Shown piece by piece: positions 12,840-27,033 of a stretch of 64,000 nt of DNA (positions are counted from its first letter, which is position 1; every line of letters starts with the position of its first letter). The DNA is taken from positions 1,902,567 to 1,966,566 of the forward strand of contig JAWQFM010000007.1 of NCBI GenBank assembly GCA_033442325.1, given 5' to 3'. The position numbers were made by a program, and so were the translations under genes. Origin of the DNA: Salpingoeca rosetta. Taxonomy: Eukaryota; Protista; Choanoflagellata. The notes below the pieces were generated by a model. The model saw only the letters and a list, made by a program, of their open reading frames with translations, was not told the DNA's origin and searched no databases.

Positions 12840-15800
12840 TCAGCTGAAGAAATACTTGGAATTCAGTACCTGAACGCATGCGCAGTGATTGCGTGAAGAT
12901 GAGCAATCGCGAGCCAACAAGAGGCCGGAGCATCAGCAACACAACAAACACAACACAACACAACACAGCACAACACAGCACAACACAACGCAACGCAACA
13001 CACCTCGTTGATGTCGAATTCGCCCTGCTCCGGGCACGGGTCGATTTCAACCGTCGTCTCGTCGTTCCCACGCGGGCGCACGTACTTGCGACCCTCATAC
13101 TGCAGCCTGAAGAATGAATGCAAATCCTTCAACAGCGGACGCGAGTGAATGTTGACAAACTGCTCGCGCGTGTGTCTGCTCATTTGATCCACCGTCCTAC
13201 GAACGGAGACGTAAGAGAGGAGGTGATGTGATGTGTAGATGTGTACGAGAGAGAGAGAATGAATGCAAGTGTATGTGTGTGTGATAGAGTGAATGCAAAC
13301 GTGCATGTGTGTGTGTGTGTGGATGTGTCGTTGTTTGTGCATGTATGTGATGAGACTGTGATGTTCTGCGCGCATGCAAATGCACACAGAAATGCGTACA
13401 TGGTCGCATAACCTGCACACACATACACAAACACACATACATACATACACACACACGCGCGCGCGCGGCCCTCTTCAAAGCACTTCCTCCACAGTCAGAA
13501 CAACCAACAACACGATACGTACGCGGCATGGGTCCAGTAACTGTCGTGGACGCTGGCAAAGGCAACTCCGTCCTTGCGACACGCGTTGGCGGTCATCATC
13601 ATGTGCGTTGAGTCGAGCGAGTGGACAAAGTTTGGTGGGAACGCTGACCCCTGCTTGCCAACCGCCGGCAACTGTGACGGATTGCCAGTCTCCACAAGCC
13701 AGATGGTCTGCAGGTTTGTTGAAAACTGCAAACGGGAAGTGGTCGCAGACACGTGCGTTTAGCGTAAGCAGAGTACCGTCGTGTGCAACAGATGGCGGGA
13801 GTATTGACAACACCACAGCACAACCACAATCAAACCACAATCAAACCACAATCAAACCACAACTACATCATCCTACAACCACAGTAAAATACAACCACAC
13901 GACAACATGTTCCCACGACAACAGCATCCCACCACGACGCACCGTGGACTTGATGGCGTTGTGGTACGGCTGCACGACGGGCATGCCAATGGGGGTAACC
14001 CACGCCACCGGCTCGCCTGACGCGGCAATCTTCTTCGCCTGCTGGGACAGCCACTGCTGGATCAGCTGAGCCTTCTCAAAGATCTCGCCCAGACTCAGGA
14101 ACACGAGCGCCGTCAGATATGACGCCGTCGCATACACCTTCTCAGGCGGCACCACCTTGGCAGCCTTCAGCTGGCGCCCTATCTGCTCCCGCCCGCCGAC
14201 GAACGTCACGCCGTACACGTTCGTCATCACCGTCTGCTTGACAATCTTGCGTTTCATGGGGCCTTGTGCCACCAGCAGCGACGCAAGCTCCTGCGCCACC
14301 TCGTGTGATACGGGCAGCTTCGACGTGGATGAGAAGTCGCCCTGTGCGTGGCGCTGCAAGTGCGTGTCGATCGTGCGAGCAACGGCGCTGTACACGTCCT
14401 GCGGGCGGTCGTCTTCCGGAACGCGCACGAGATTCACGTGTCGCGCACCTTCCACGTCGCGTCCAAGCGCTGCGTAGTGCTGCAGGCCGTTGCACGTGCC
14501 ATCCTGGTGGACAGGAAAACCGGACTCGAATTCCTCCGGGTTTGGGGCACACATTGCGTCATGTAGCTCGTTACACACAGCCAGAACCTGCCAGGGGTTG
14601 TCGCCTTGGAGCCACCACATGGGCTCCCCGTCCTGATTTGGCGTTAACGCAGACAGGAGGAAGGGGAAAGGCGGTACGTGTATGTGTTTGTGCGGAAATG
14701 AGTGAACAAGGCAGCGACACGTGTTCGCTTGTGTGCGTGCGTGTGTGTGCATTTATGTGCTGGAACGAACTACATTCAACCCAAAGCAACGACACCAACC
14801 CGAGTTACAAGCCAGCACACACACGCACACACACACACACACATGCATCTTGAGGTCACCGCCTGTCAAACCTCGAGGAAGCGGAGGGGATTGCGAACAG
14901 TCTCTTCGACGTGGTGCATGTTGTCTTCAGCAAACTTCTCGCGGTCGTCCAATGAGCACCTGAGAATACACGCACGCAGCGGAAGATGTGGGATGTGAGA
15001 TTGGTGGAGGGAATGTGGTGGGAGAGAGAGAGACAGGTGGTGCGAGCGAGCATCACATCGGCAATCCACGTGAAGGCGGGGTGCAACATCACAATGATGA
15101 CGATGAGGAGAGCAAGGAGGAGGAAGAGGATCACTTCCATCACCATTCACACCACACTGTTACCTCCACCACTGTCATCACCACCACCCCATCACCACTG
15201 TCACCAAGTGCTCACTTGTCATTGCCGTAGACGTTTGCAAGATGGATCTTCAGCCAGCGCAGGCCGTTCTTCCCCAGCGGCTTCTTCTCGGCAAACACAA
15301 GGAGGCCGCGGGAAAGGTCGTCACCAATGTGTGTCAGGTACGGAGCGATGGTGTACGCGCGCCCACGGAAGTCAAGGTTGTGCGGGAGGTAAAAGTCCTG
15401 GTCCCGCAGCTGTTGTATGGTGAGTTTGGATTGCAGTGGTGAGTGTGGATTGCAGTGGTGAGTTTGGATTGCAGTGTGGGCACGGAGGTGAGCGAGGTGC
15501 GAGGATGGCGATGAGGACAGCTCACGCACATGCAGACATGCGCATTCACACAGACATAAAACACAGACATACAGGCATTCAACAAATATACAAGCACACA
15601 CACACACACACACACACGCACACACGCACACACACGCACACACACGCAGACATGCACATACACACAGACATAAAACACGCAGCCCGTGTACGCACCGCCT
15701 GTGCGACCATGAGCTTGAGGTGGAGAGTGGTGCGTTGGGAATACGCTTCCGAGCTCTGCTTTCGATGCTCCATGACTTGGCGCTGGTACTTGGCTTTGTC

Positions 15801-17091
15801 TTCCGCAGACATGCTGTCATGCCACGCACAGCGTGCCATGGTGAGTGCTCGTGCGCGTACTCGCGTCAAATGAAACGATTGCATCACTCGCAGGAGCATC
15901 TGCAAGCACTCACACGACCTTCCACATCCACGTCCACCTAAACACACACATTCATGTCCACACACACACACTCATGTCCACACACACACTCATGTCCACA
16001 CACACACACACACACACACACGCAGTCATGTCCACACGTACTCTGCCGTCCTTGCTGGCACTGGCGGCGGCTGAATGATGTGCGGTGCAATCGCGAGCTC
16101 TTCAACGCCAACTTCCGCCTCAAAAGCGGCGCGCACCACATCAAACACCTGAGTTTAAACACACATCACACAGACACACACGTACATCACACAGACACAC
16201 AGACACACGTACAGCACACATCACACAGACACACACGCACGCACGTACGCATACAGGTTCAGAGGATACAGCGACGAGATGTGAGGGAGAAGCGGAGATT
16301 ACACAACGGGGAACAAACAAGACGCGTCTCACAACACAAACGCAATTTGCACGTGCTCATCACCTTTGTGTTGACACGCCATGCCATGGAGGAGAGGTAG
16401 GTGAGGGCATCAAACATATCGTCGAGCAGGTGGGTCGTCTCCGCAAGCAGCGCGTAGTGGTGGAAGTGCGAATCAAACGTGCGCATGATCGTCACTGAAG
16501 CACACACACACACAAACACACACAAATACACACACAGACACACAAATACACAAATACACACGTGTGCGCGCAGTTGACGAGATGAAGGGTGGGTGAGTGT
16601 GCTCGCAGGAGAAACACCTCAACACATGGCTTCGCAGTCATCAAGGACAAACCACATCATCATCATCATCATCACACGACGCTCACACCACGACCACCGC
16701 AACCACCACGACCACCGCGCCACCAAACCACCACACCACCAAACCATCACGCCACACCTGGGGAGACGAGGCTGGCACCCGTGCGCACGCCCGTCCAGGG
16801 CTTTGGCAGGACCAACATCGGCAGGTTCACGGCGTCAATCGACCGCCGAAACACATTCTGGTGATGCAGAAATGTGGCGGCGGAACATGTGTCGGTGGTG
16901 GTGTCAGGCATGAAAAAGTGCTGCTTACGAAAAGATACAAGAGATACGCACGTACAAACACACCCATACACTGTGCTGTGCTCATGTATGCACACACACG
17001 CACACGCACACACAGACGTGTACACACACACACACACACACACATACACACACACACGCACACGCACACGCACACACGCACACACACACAC

Positions 17092-17128
<37 letters not shown>

Positions 17129-18538
17129 AGCGAGCACAGCACCTTTCCGAGCTGGGCGTTGGTGGCGACAAAGTTGTACGAGTAATCTTGGACGGTGTCG
17201 TGGGTGCGGATGAAACCAAAACGTTTTGTTCCCTCAAATTCATACGTGTGATAAAACGCGGGCAGTTCCTTGTCTTCGGCTCTCCTGTCAACACAAAAAC
17301 AGAATGCAGCAGGAGCAGTGTAAGTCATGGGCGAACACAGGTATGCCTGCATGCAAGCAACAAAGGCAATGAGAGGGTTGCGTCTGGCTGATCGAGTGGT
17401 CTGTACATTGGGTGTGGGCCATGCGGGGTATACGAAATTGGTTGTGCCAGGAAGACTCACCCTGTGATGGCAGACAGTGTTGCCTTTCGCAGGACCAGGT
17501 CGATCATTTCGCCACCAACAGCACCCAGCATCTGCAAACACCACGTGCATGCAAGCAGCTTGTGAATGGACAGCGGGAATGTGTTATCAGATGGAACGAA
17601 CATGCTCAGCACTGCATCACACACACACAGGTGTACACACACACAGGTGTACACACACACAGGTGTAAACACACACAAAGACACACACACAGACACACAC
17701 ACACAGACACAGACACACACACAAGTGCACATTACCCGCGGTGTCCAGAAGGCGAGACCCGAGTCCTCGTTGGGAACAGAGACACCCGACTCAATCGAGT
17801 ATCTGATGTGTACAATGGCAACGTAACAAGGCGTGGTGAGCGATGGCCATTGATATGCAACCACGCAACAAGCACATATTCCCCCACTACTTACATGCCT
17901 ACACACACACGCACACGTACTCACGCACGCACACAACTAACACACCAACCAACACACCCACATGCACACGCACTATCTCTTCCACCAACTCACTCCTTCA
18001 TGAGCTGGCGCCAGAGCTTTGACGGGCTGTGTTTCTTCATCTGCTCTCTGTCCGACATTATCTGGTGATAGCGGGCGTACACCGTTCGCTCCTGACGACC
18101 AAAAGGCAGAAGCAGAGGCGGTGGCGGTGGTGGCAGTGGTGGGTTTGAATGAGTGGATGGATGAATGGATGGATGGATGGATGGAAGACAAGTTGGCAGA
18201 ACTGAAAAGAAACAAGTCGCACTGCACCACACTGCACCACGACCACCACCATCACGACCATTATCATCGTCATAATCATCAGAATCATCATCAACATCAC
18301 CGCCAACCGCACCAGGTCGGAGGGGCCAGCTTCGCGGGCCAGGGCGACGGCGAATGTGCGGTACACAGCGCGGCCAATACTCATCACCATCGAGTTCATC
18401 TGGCAACGGAGGGAGACAATCAATGAAGGTAAGTCAGCGGCTGTGGTGGTGCAGTCACGAACAAGACATACAAGCACACAGATCAGATGGATGGTATTGT
18501 CTTTGATCACCACCACCACCACCACCACCACCATTTGT

Positions 18539-18636
<98 letters not shown>

Positions 18637-19078
18637 TGCTCACCTTGCAGCCGTACGGGTTGGCCGCGGTCTGGTGCTCAAACTGACGAAAACAAACGAG
18701 GGATTGAATGCATGGGTGAGCTCAAGTGGGTGCAGCAGTGCCACGGACCAGTAGTCCCGCATTCTTGCACATCCGCACACACAACTCAACACACACACAC
18801 ACACACACACACACGATCACACGATCACGACTCACGACTGAGAGGGCGGCAGTAGCGATGGCGCGGGAGTCGACGAAGCTGTTGTACAGAATCTTCCACG
18901 CCAGCTCAGCATCCACTGTGGCAGTGGTGATCACGGTGGTGGTTTTGGTGTTTGTGAGCATTCTTCTGCACACACACACGCACGCACACACACACACACA
19001 CACGCACATACACACACACACACACGCACACACACACACGCACATACACACACACACACACGCACACACACACACACG

Positions 19079-19110
<32 letters not shown>

Positions 19111-20485
19111 CACGCAAACGGGCAGCCCTTCGCGCGCGCGTGTGCGGGGCACCTTGTTTAGGGGACGAGACCATGATCTCGCGCTGGTGGTCGATGGCGG
19201 CTGCAATGTCGTCGATCCAGATGTGATACGCAGACATGTTCGTCTCCGCTGGTGATCAGGCAGCAGCACAGTGCGTGCGTGCGTGCGTGTGCGTGTTGTG
19301 TGTGTGAGTGTGTGAGTGTGTGTGAGTGAGTATAGCGTGATGTAGGTGTGCAGGTCTGTGTGGTGACGCAAAGGCTGAGGCTGATCGCTTGCGCGTGCCG
19401 CAATGAACCGTCACCACGCACATACGCATGCGCACACGCATGCACACACAAACGCTCTGTCAGGCAACCTTCCCTCCTCAATTCAAAGGTACTCTCGACA
19501 CGACCATCAGTGTGATCGTACAATCTACGTTTGGCTTCGCCATGAACTCGTCAAACGCTTCGCGCGTCGATCGCGTGGGAATCGCATCCAGCTGCACAGA
19601 CACACACACACACGCATACACAACATGTACGCACACGCATACACACACGCATACACAACACGTACGCATACACAACACGTACACACATACACAAGCAAAC
19701 GTTATGTTAGCGATTGTCTTTGCTTCATCGATCACCACAACCATTCATCATCATCATCATCACCACCACCACCACCACCCCCACCCCCACCCCCACCAGC
19801 GTAGTGTGTGACTCACGGATACACCGAGTGATGCCTCCTGGTTCCACTGCTGCTCGTACAACTCGACGTCCACCACGTGCGGTCGCGGCCGGCTCGCATC
19901 CGCCAGCCCGACGCGCTGCAGTTGCTACGCACATAAAGGGGAGGGGGTGTGGAATGTGAGTTTGCACCAGGGTGTATCGTTGTGTGTGAACGTGTGTGGG
20001 TTGAGACATTGGACACACACAAGCATAAAATGCATGTATATGCTCTCTCTCTCTCTCTCTCTCTGTTTCTCAACACATACACTCACAGACGCACACACAC
20101 ATACACACATAGACAAACACACACACACACATAGACAAACACACACACACACACATAGACACACACACATACACACACACCTTCTTGAAGAGGTCGAGCA
20201 AGTTGATGTCTGTGGCGAAGAGCGGTGCGCGCAGCATATCGTGATGAGAAAACCCCATGTCAGCTGCAAGCTGTAGGATGTGGCGGATGGCATCTGGCTT
20301 GTCGTGGCGTCTGAACGTGTGCGCGCGATGAAAGGCGGAGAAGAGCGTGTTTGGAGGGACAATCAGGAGGAACAAACGCAGTTAACGCGAGGCGTACATG
20401 TGTGAGTTGACGTCAGCTACGCTTTCATTCACAGGCTTGTACACAAACAAACCGCCAGGCCGCATACACGCATATACGGCACACA

Positions 20486-20567
<82 letters not shown>

Positions 20568-21835
20568 CACACACACGAGGACGCAACCTGATGGCAAGGA
20601 TGAGCAGGGCATATGTGGTTGCATCTGGCGGGACGTTCATGTGCAGCATGTGGTTGAAAATGCTCTCGCAACGAAGATCATACGTCTGGAAGTGTGTGCA
20701 TGTGTGTGCGTTATGTGTGCGTGCCCACGTGTGAGCGTCCAAAAGAAATTCGTGTAAGACGTAAGACACACGTGCGCATCATCCACACACACACACAACA
20801 CACACCAAACACACATACACAACACACACCAAACACACATACACAACACACAACACACACAGCACGCACGTGTTTGGCGCAGTGTTTGAGGAGGATGTTG
20901 AACTTGTCCGTGGTGATTGGCAGCCGCAGGTCTTCGTTGTACAGGATCTCCTCTGCCAAGTTGATGTTGCCGTTCTGCACGTGCACTTCAAACATGGCCA
21001 AGTACTCCTGCACCTGAGAGACACAGCGCTTCTCTTCCACCAGCTGCTCAATGAGACCAGGCTTGGTGGCCTTCTTGCCCTGCGGCGCGTTCTCCTCTTG
21101 CTCGGACACTCGCCTCAGCATGCCCAGCAACTGCTGCGTGACTTTGCTGTACACGGGCAGTGTGGATGAAGGTGCCGTGCACGAGTCATCCGCGCTTGCG
21201 GTCCGCGTGGCTGCTTGGTCCGCGGCGCCAGCTACTGTGCTCGGTGCTGTTGTGTTCGCATGCGCATCTGCCACCATCGGCGTGTCTGATAACGGCAGCG
21301 TGTCTGCTACCGACGGTGTCTCTCCGTTGGAGGAGTATCGCCTGCGGTGCTGGTGTTGCGCTTGTGGCTGCTGTGGTTGAGGCGCTGAAGCGTGTGCATG
21401 GCGATGCCAGTGCAGCCATGGCGCGGCGCCAGCCGTTGCTGCTGCTGCTGATGATGATTGTGTGTGCGATAGATAACGCAAGCTGGTGTGTGGCAAAGTA
21501 ACCTGCTGGCGACCATGGCGCATGGTGCTCCCGCCCTTGGGCATCAACGAGCACCAGCAGCTGGCCCTTACGCCGCCGCTTCCGCTGCTGCTCTGGTTGG
21601 CGGTGGTGTTGATGGAGCTGCTCAAGGTGCTGTTGCTGCTCCAGCGTCTGCATCCAGCAAATATCTGTTGTTGTGCACGGGCACTACCTCTTCTTATTTG
21701 GCTGCTTCTCGCAACCAACCCACCCCTCTGCACAGCACTGACCCTGACGCTATTGCTTCCAGTCCCTCCACACCGCAACAACGACCATCTCGCCGCAGCC
21801 GCAGCGGCTGCGCCTGTTGCGCCTCCGCCTCGCAT
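12840..21835 (-). CDS. POLRMT: Mitochondrial single-subunit (T7-like) DNA-directed RNA polymerase with N-terminal presequence and PPR-like motifs; multi-exon
   Basis: [81 protein letters not shown]-terminus VLNSKYFFS*. Arg/Ser/Ala-rich N-terminus; PPR-like [21 protein letters not shown]. Confidence 0.95.
18508..18635. repeat. (CAC)n + ~(CAT)32 trinucleotide tract in a POLRMT intron
   Basis: Directly visible. Confidence 0.9.
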
Positions 21836-22017
21836 CGTCGTCTTGTCTTCTTGTCCACGCCAAACACAACGTGGGTTCTGAAAATTGCTGCAAATCTTCC
21901 ACAACTTGTCCTCTTGCCATCTCAACTGCGTGCAACCACACAATACGACCGCGTCATTCTCCTCATCTTCCTCCCTCCTTCATCTTCACCCGTCTCTTCC
22001 ATCCAACAGCAAGCATC

Positions 22018-23887
22018 ATGTCTGGTGGTGGCCGCCCTGACGTCTCCAACCTCTTCAGCGTGAAGGTCGACAACATCGACCGATCCACGCGCGAGGAAGA
22101 TCTCCGCGAAGCCTTCAAAGAGTTTGGTGCGTGCTTGGTTGGATGAGCTTTGCAGTTCACTGTCGGTTATGTGTTGGTTTTGTCGATATATCTCGATGTC
22201 AATTGTTCACTGTGCATCATGTGGTGTGGTGGCCGTGCATGCCAAACACACGCACAAGGATCTTACTCACACACACACACATACACCACACCACACCACA
22301 CCACACCACACCACACCACACCACACACATACGCGCGCATCCACACGCGCTTCTTTTGCATGGCGTGCTCCTTTTCGTCCCCCCACATCAGGCGAGATTG
22401 GCGACATTTACATGCCCAGGTGAATTGAACTCACCCTTCCAGCCAACCACTGCAACACCACAAAACGGAGGGAAGGGAAGGGATGCTACACGCTTCCCTT
22501 CACCCGCTCCTTCGCACGCTAGCCTTGTCGCTTTCCCTCTTTCCCCTCCCCTTCCCCCACTGTTTACTGTGGCGCCTGCCCCGCCATCATTTTGATGCTG
22601 CCTCGGGCCTCCCAGCAGTCGCTGTTGATCCTGTGCCGTTGATACCACCCTGCGCTGCCGCTGCTGCTGATGCTGCTGCTGATGCTGCTGCCGCTGCTGC
22701 CCACTCGCATCACCCATCATCCAACACCTGTCATCTCTGTCCCCGTCCTGAATACCCCGCACGATCATCATCATCATCATCCTCCCTCCATCGCGGCAAC
22801 GCGCACATTCGCTCGGCAGATACCGCGACACCATGGACCCACGCGGCTACGCCTTTGTGCGCTTCATCAACGAGCGCGACGCCGAAGACGCCATCAAGCA
22901 CATGGACGGGTGTGTGTGTGTGTGTGCGTGTGCGTGTGTGCGTGTGTGTGTGTGTGTGTGTGTGAAGAGAGAGAGAGAGAGAGAGGCAGAGATGGAAGCA
23001 CACCCACTGTCCGTCCCTCTACTACTGGGTGTGCGTGTGCGGTCGTGTGTGTGGTCATTAGCATTCATCAGGCTGCGCGTGATGCATCGCTTGTGTGTGG
23101 TTGTTTGTTCTGAGCTGGGTTGGGTCATCACCGATTTCACCGTGAACGGTCACCGGTGTGTGCACGCGATTTGTTCATGCCTTGCAGACAACAGCTGAAC
23201 GGCAAGGAGGTGTACTGCCAACTGGCCAAGTACTCCCGCCGCGCACCCCCGTGAGTGTGGCTCGTGAGGGGCTGCATGTGTTGCTGTGTGTTACTGCCTG
23301 GCATTGAACCCCCAAGCTGACCTTGCCATTCCCCCGCCCCTCCTGCCACACTGATGTTGCCAGCCCGCGCCGCCCGCGTCGCGACGACTACTATCGCGAT
23401 GACTATCGTCGCGATGACTACCGTCGGGACGACTACAGGCGCGATGATTATCGTCGGGACGATTACCGCAGGGATGACTATCGGCGCGATGACTACCGCC
23501 GTGACGACTACAGGCGTGACGACTACAGGCGCGACGACTACCGCCGCGACGACTACAGGCGCGACGACAGGCGGGATGGGCCTCGCGACATGCCGCCGCC
23601 TCCTCGTGAGCGCAGCCGCGAGCGCAGCCCCCCTCCCCCGCGCCACGACGACCGCCCCGCCCCGCCGCCACTCGACGACCGTACGTCACGTTGCACACCA
23701 CACATCACACACCACTCACGCACGCACACGGCACACCGCACGCACGCTTGTCTGCTGTGTGTTGTGTGTGTCTTGTGGTTTTTGTGCGTCTGCCTGTGTT
23801 GCAGTGCCGTTTTCACGCCCTGGCATGCGGACTCATCCTGTCTTGTCCTGTTCCCGCTGCACGGTTTCATGCTACACAGGCCAGTGA
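22018..23887 (+). CDS. SRSF2/SC35-like RRM splicing factor with (DDYRR)11 tail; ~6 exons
   Basis: MSGGGRPDVSNLFSVKVDNI (RNP2), EFG|EIGDIYMPR|YRDTMDPRGYAFVRF (RNP1), DAEDAIKHMDG, VYCQLAKY. Last exon gctacacag|gccagtga. Confidence 0.85.
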
Positions 23888-24391
23888 GCAGCAGCCAGTC
23901 CTCTCTGCCGTCAACTTGCGGTGCCTGCAAGCAAGCAAAGCAAACGAGCACCAAACAAACCGTCAATCCATCCATGCCTTGTGACTTGATCCTGCACCCC
24001 CCCCCCCCTTGACTTGTCTCTGTCCGCTTTCGTCATGTTTGTGCTGTCTGTTGTTCTGTTGCCTGCATGCATTACGCACTGCTGCTTCCTCTCCATTTCT
24101 CTCGTTTGTGGCTTGCGTTTGCGCGCAGCTGGTGTTTTCCCTCTCCACTAAACCGACCATACAAGCGATGCTGTCGCAACAACGTGCTTTGTTGTGACTT
24201 GTTGTCCGTGTGTCAGTGCTTCAATGTCGTGGTGGTGTGACGAAGAAGGTTGGGTCGTGTCAACAGCAACGACACAAGCAGTAGAAGATGTCAAAGTCCA
24301 CGCTCACACATGAGGTCACATCACCACAAAGGAAGGATGGAAGCGACACCACAAAACAGGCGTTCACATTCAAAACACAACCATGTCACAC

Positions 24392-26391
24392 TTACACTTG
24401 CTCCTCCTTGCTCAGGCTCTCTGCAAGCACACATATTGTTTCGCTCATGCGGAGTTGTTTGTCTTGCTCACTCACCCAGGCCAAGGGTCTGGTTGTAGTG
24501 GAGGGACGGCAGCGTGAGGAATGCAAGCGATCCCCGAGCAGCATCCGCCGCCACGCTCGACACAACCTACGGCCACAGTGGCAGCGCACCCAACACCAGG
24601 ACACAACGTGATAGTGTGAGATGACAGGTGATCTGGGCCATGAAGCGTGCATGCACAGAGAGGAGACAGGCAGCAGGGCAGCAGCATAGCACACGCATAC
24701 ACACGCGCATACACACGCGTACACATACATGGACAAACAAACACACACACACACACACACACACACAACACACACACACACACCTGGTCGCGGCGGGTTG
24801 CACTTTCAAAGACAAGCTCAATGTGAACGTTGCTCGTCGTTTCCGTTTGTGAACCTTGAGTGCCGTCTGAGATGCGGGTGATCTTGAACGAGTCTGCGGG
24901 GCGTCCAAGGACAGACACAAGCTCAAGTGCAAGCACATCTTTGTGCGCGCGCACAAACGATTTTGGGAATGGTACGACCAGAACAACGTCTGCAGCCACA
25001 TCCTCGTTGTACACGGTGCACGCGGGCCCAATATCGTGGCCGCACTCGGAGGTGACCGCCTCCACAGGCGCAAATGCATCGTCCACTTCCGCAGCGGCAG
25101 TGCCAATCTCCGTGAGGTAGGTGCGGATGGAGTGGTGGCAGCAGCCGACGGCGTCAACCAGGCGGTCCAGGCGACGCTGGCAGCCCCACGTGCAGTAGTC
25201 CCCCGTGCCAATGTCCTCGCACGCATCTGGACCAAAGTACGCCGTGCCCTGGAATGCAAGGTTCTCGTCAAATCCGCTGATGATGGCGTCCATCACGTCC
25301 ACACACACGTCTCCCTCCTCCGACTGCAAGCACATGTACTTGAGGTGCGCGTCCGCGTGCTGCACAAGCTCCTCGGCAACGCTGGCGGCGTTGGACAGCG
25401 ACGCAAGCTGGGGCGTGTTGCGAAGCCGCGCCAGGACCTTGTCCGAGCACTCGCCAAGCGAGCACAGCTGCTGCGCCCGCTGGGCAGGACCAGCGTGGGT
25501 GGTGAAGACGAGCACGTCCATGACGCGTGGGTAGCAGAAGGTGGTGCTGTCCCGCGCGCACAGCAAGTCCAGTTCTGCGACGTCGATGCGTGCAGACGAC
25601 TTGCGGGCTTCCACCTGAATGTACTCAAAGAGGCAGGGCGTGCAGATGGCCTGCAGCGCGGTGTCGCGCTCTGCCTGCGATCGCGAGGTGTTGCGGGCGG
25701 TGCGGAGCTGCTCCTGCAGCTGCTCTGGGCTGAACTTGTTGCGGCAGTAGACGATTGTGTCGCTCGTGCCGTCGTCGGTTGTTGTGGCGCAGGTGAGGTC
25801 GAAGGACTCGCGGTGCAGCTGGTACAAAGCCCAGTCGACGCAGCCGGCCTCCTCCAGCTGGGCGAGGTAGTACGTGAATCCGCTGTGGCACGTGCCCGTG
25901 CATGTCGAGCGGAGTTGCGCTTGCGAAGCCTCCGTGTCCGGGAGGGTGGCGGCGTCAGCCATGACGTCAAGGCAGCCTTCCCCTGTAGCAGTGCGCAGCC
26001 AGCTGTCAAACTCCCGCTGCACGCGGAGACAGGCCACGCTTGGTGCGTTGCAGGCAGCCTGCTGCCTGTTGATGGAGCGGACGCTGGCGCGCACGCCGGC
26101 CGTGCCGAGCACAGCTTCGGCGGTCTCGCAGTACGACAACGCCTCGTGCAGCGCGCTCACTGCGTTGACGCAGGACGCGGCGCAAAAGTTGGGTGGTCCA
26201 GCATAGTTGACGCTGTGGTACAGCTCCTCCAAACCATTCACCTCGCACGCCGTTTCCACCGCCTGCAGCATCGTCGGCAGCTCACCGCACGTCGTGTCTC
26301 CCAAGAGCCTTGCCATTCCACCTTGCAACGGCACCAAGCACGCCACCACGACGGCAACCAACGCCGCCAACTCTGCCATCCGAAGCACCAT
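24392..26391 (-). CDS. Cysteine-rich secreted/surface protein with signal peptide and C-terminal SEA-like segment
   Basis: Hydrophobic N-terminus (LAALVAVVVACLVPL), ~1.6 kb first exon with many spaced Cys (CAASC, CTGTC, CTPC, CTWGC..GCC), two small 3' exons. 3' end uncertain. Confidence 0.7.
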
Positions 26392-26773
26392 CTTGCAGAT
26401 GAGGGGAGGGGGAACAACAAGCAAACAAACAAGAAGACAGGCTGGCTGGCTGGCGATTGTCTCTTATGTTTCTCTTCTGTTGTGTTGTTTGTTTTGTGTG
26501 CGTGCAGGCACTCGAGGTCGCCAGGACGAAAAATGTGTGAACATTTCCATCAATCTTCGAGGGCGCGCGCCGGGACAAGTTCAAGCAGACAGTCCAATCC
26601 TTCCATCCTGATTGCACCACCATCCATCCATCCACGATGAGCTTCTTCGCCGCTTCTTCTTCTTCTTCTTCTTCTTCCTCCTCCTCCTCCGCTTCGCACC
26701 GTCTCCCCGCGGCCGTGCAGCGGGCGATTGCCGAAGAGATCGAGGACAGCAGGCAGTTCTTGGCTGACACATC

Positions 26774-27001
26774 ATGGACAACGACGAGGAGCTGATTCAG
26801 GCTGCATTGGAATACGAGCGCGACTTGGCGTGAGTTGGTTTGGCGCGCATGCATGCCTGCGTGCGTGTGCGTGCGTGTGTGTGTGTGAATGTGTGTGTGT
26901 GTGCGTGCTTGGTGTATCTCGTTGGTGATGCACAACGCGATGCGAGGGACGTTCATTCACTGAGGGATGGTGTCTTGGTGTCTTCTCTCTCTCTCTCTCA
27001 C

Positions 27002-27033
<32 letters not shown>

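Noticed and set aside
12840-21835. Prophage or viral T7-like RNA polymerase
   Set aside because: Many spliceosomal introns, a targeting presequence and PPR-like motifs identify the ordinary nuclear-encoded mitochondrial enzyme.
24943-26640. 565-aa plus-strand ORF
   Set aside because: Antisense shadow of the GC-rich Cys-rich exon; no motifs.
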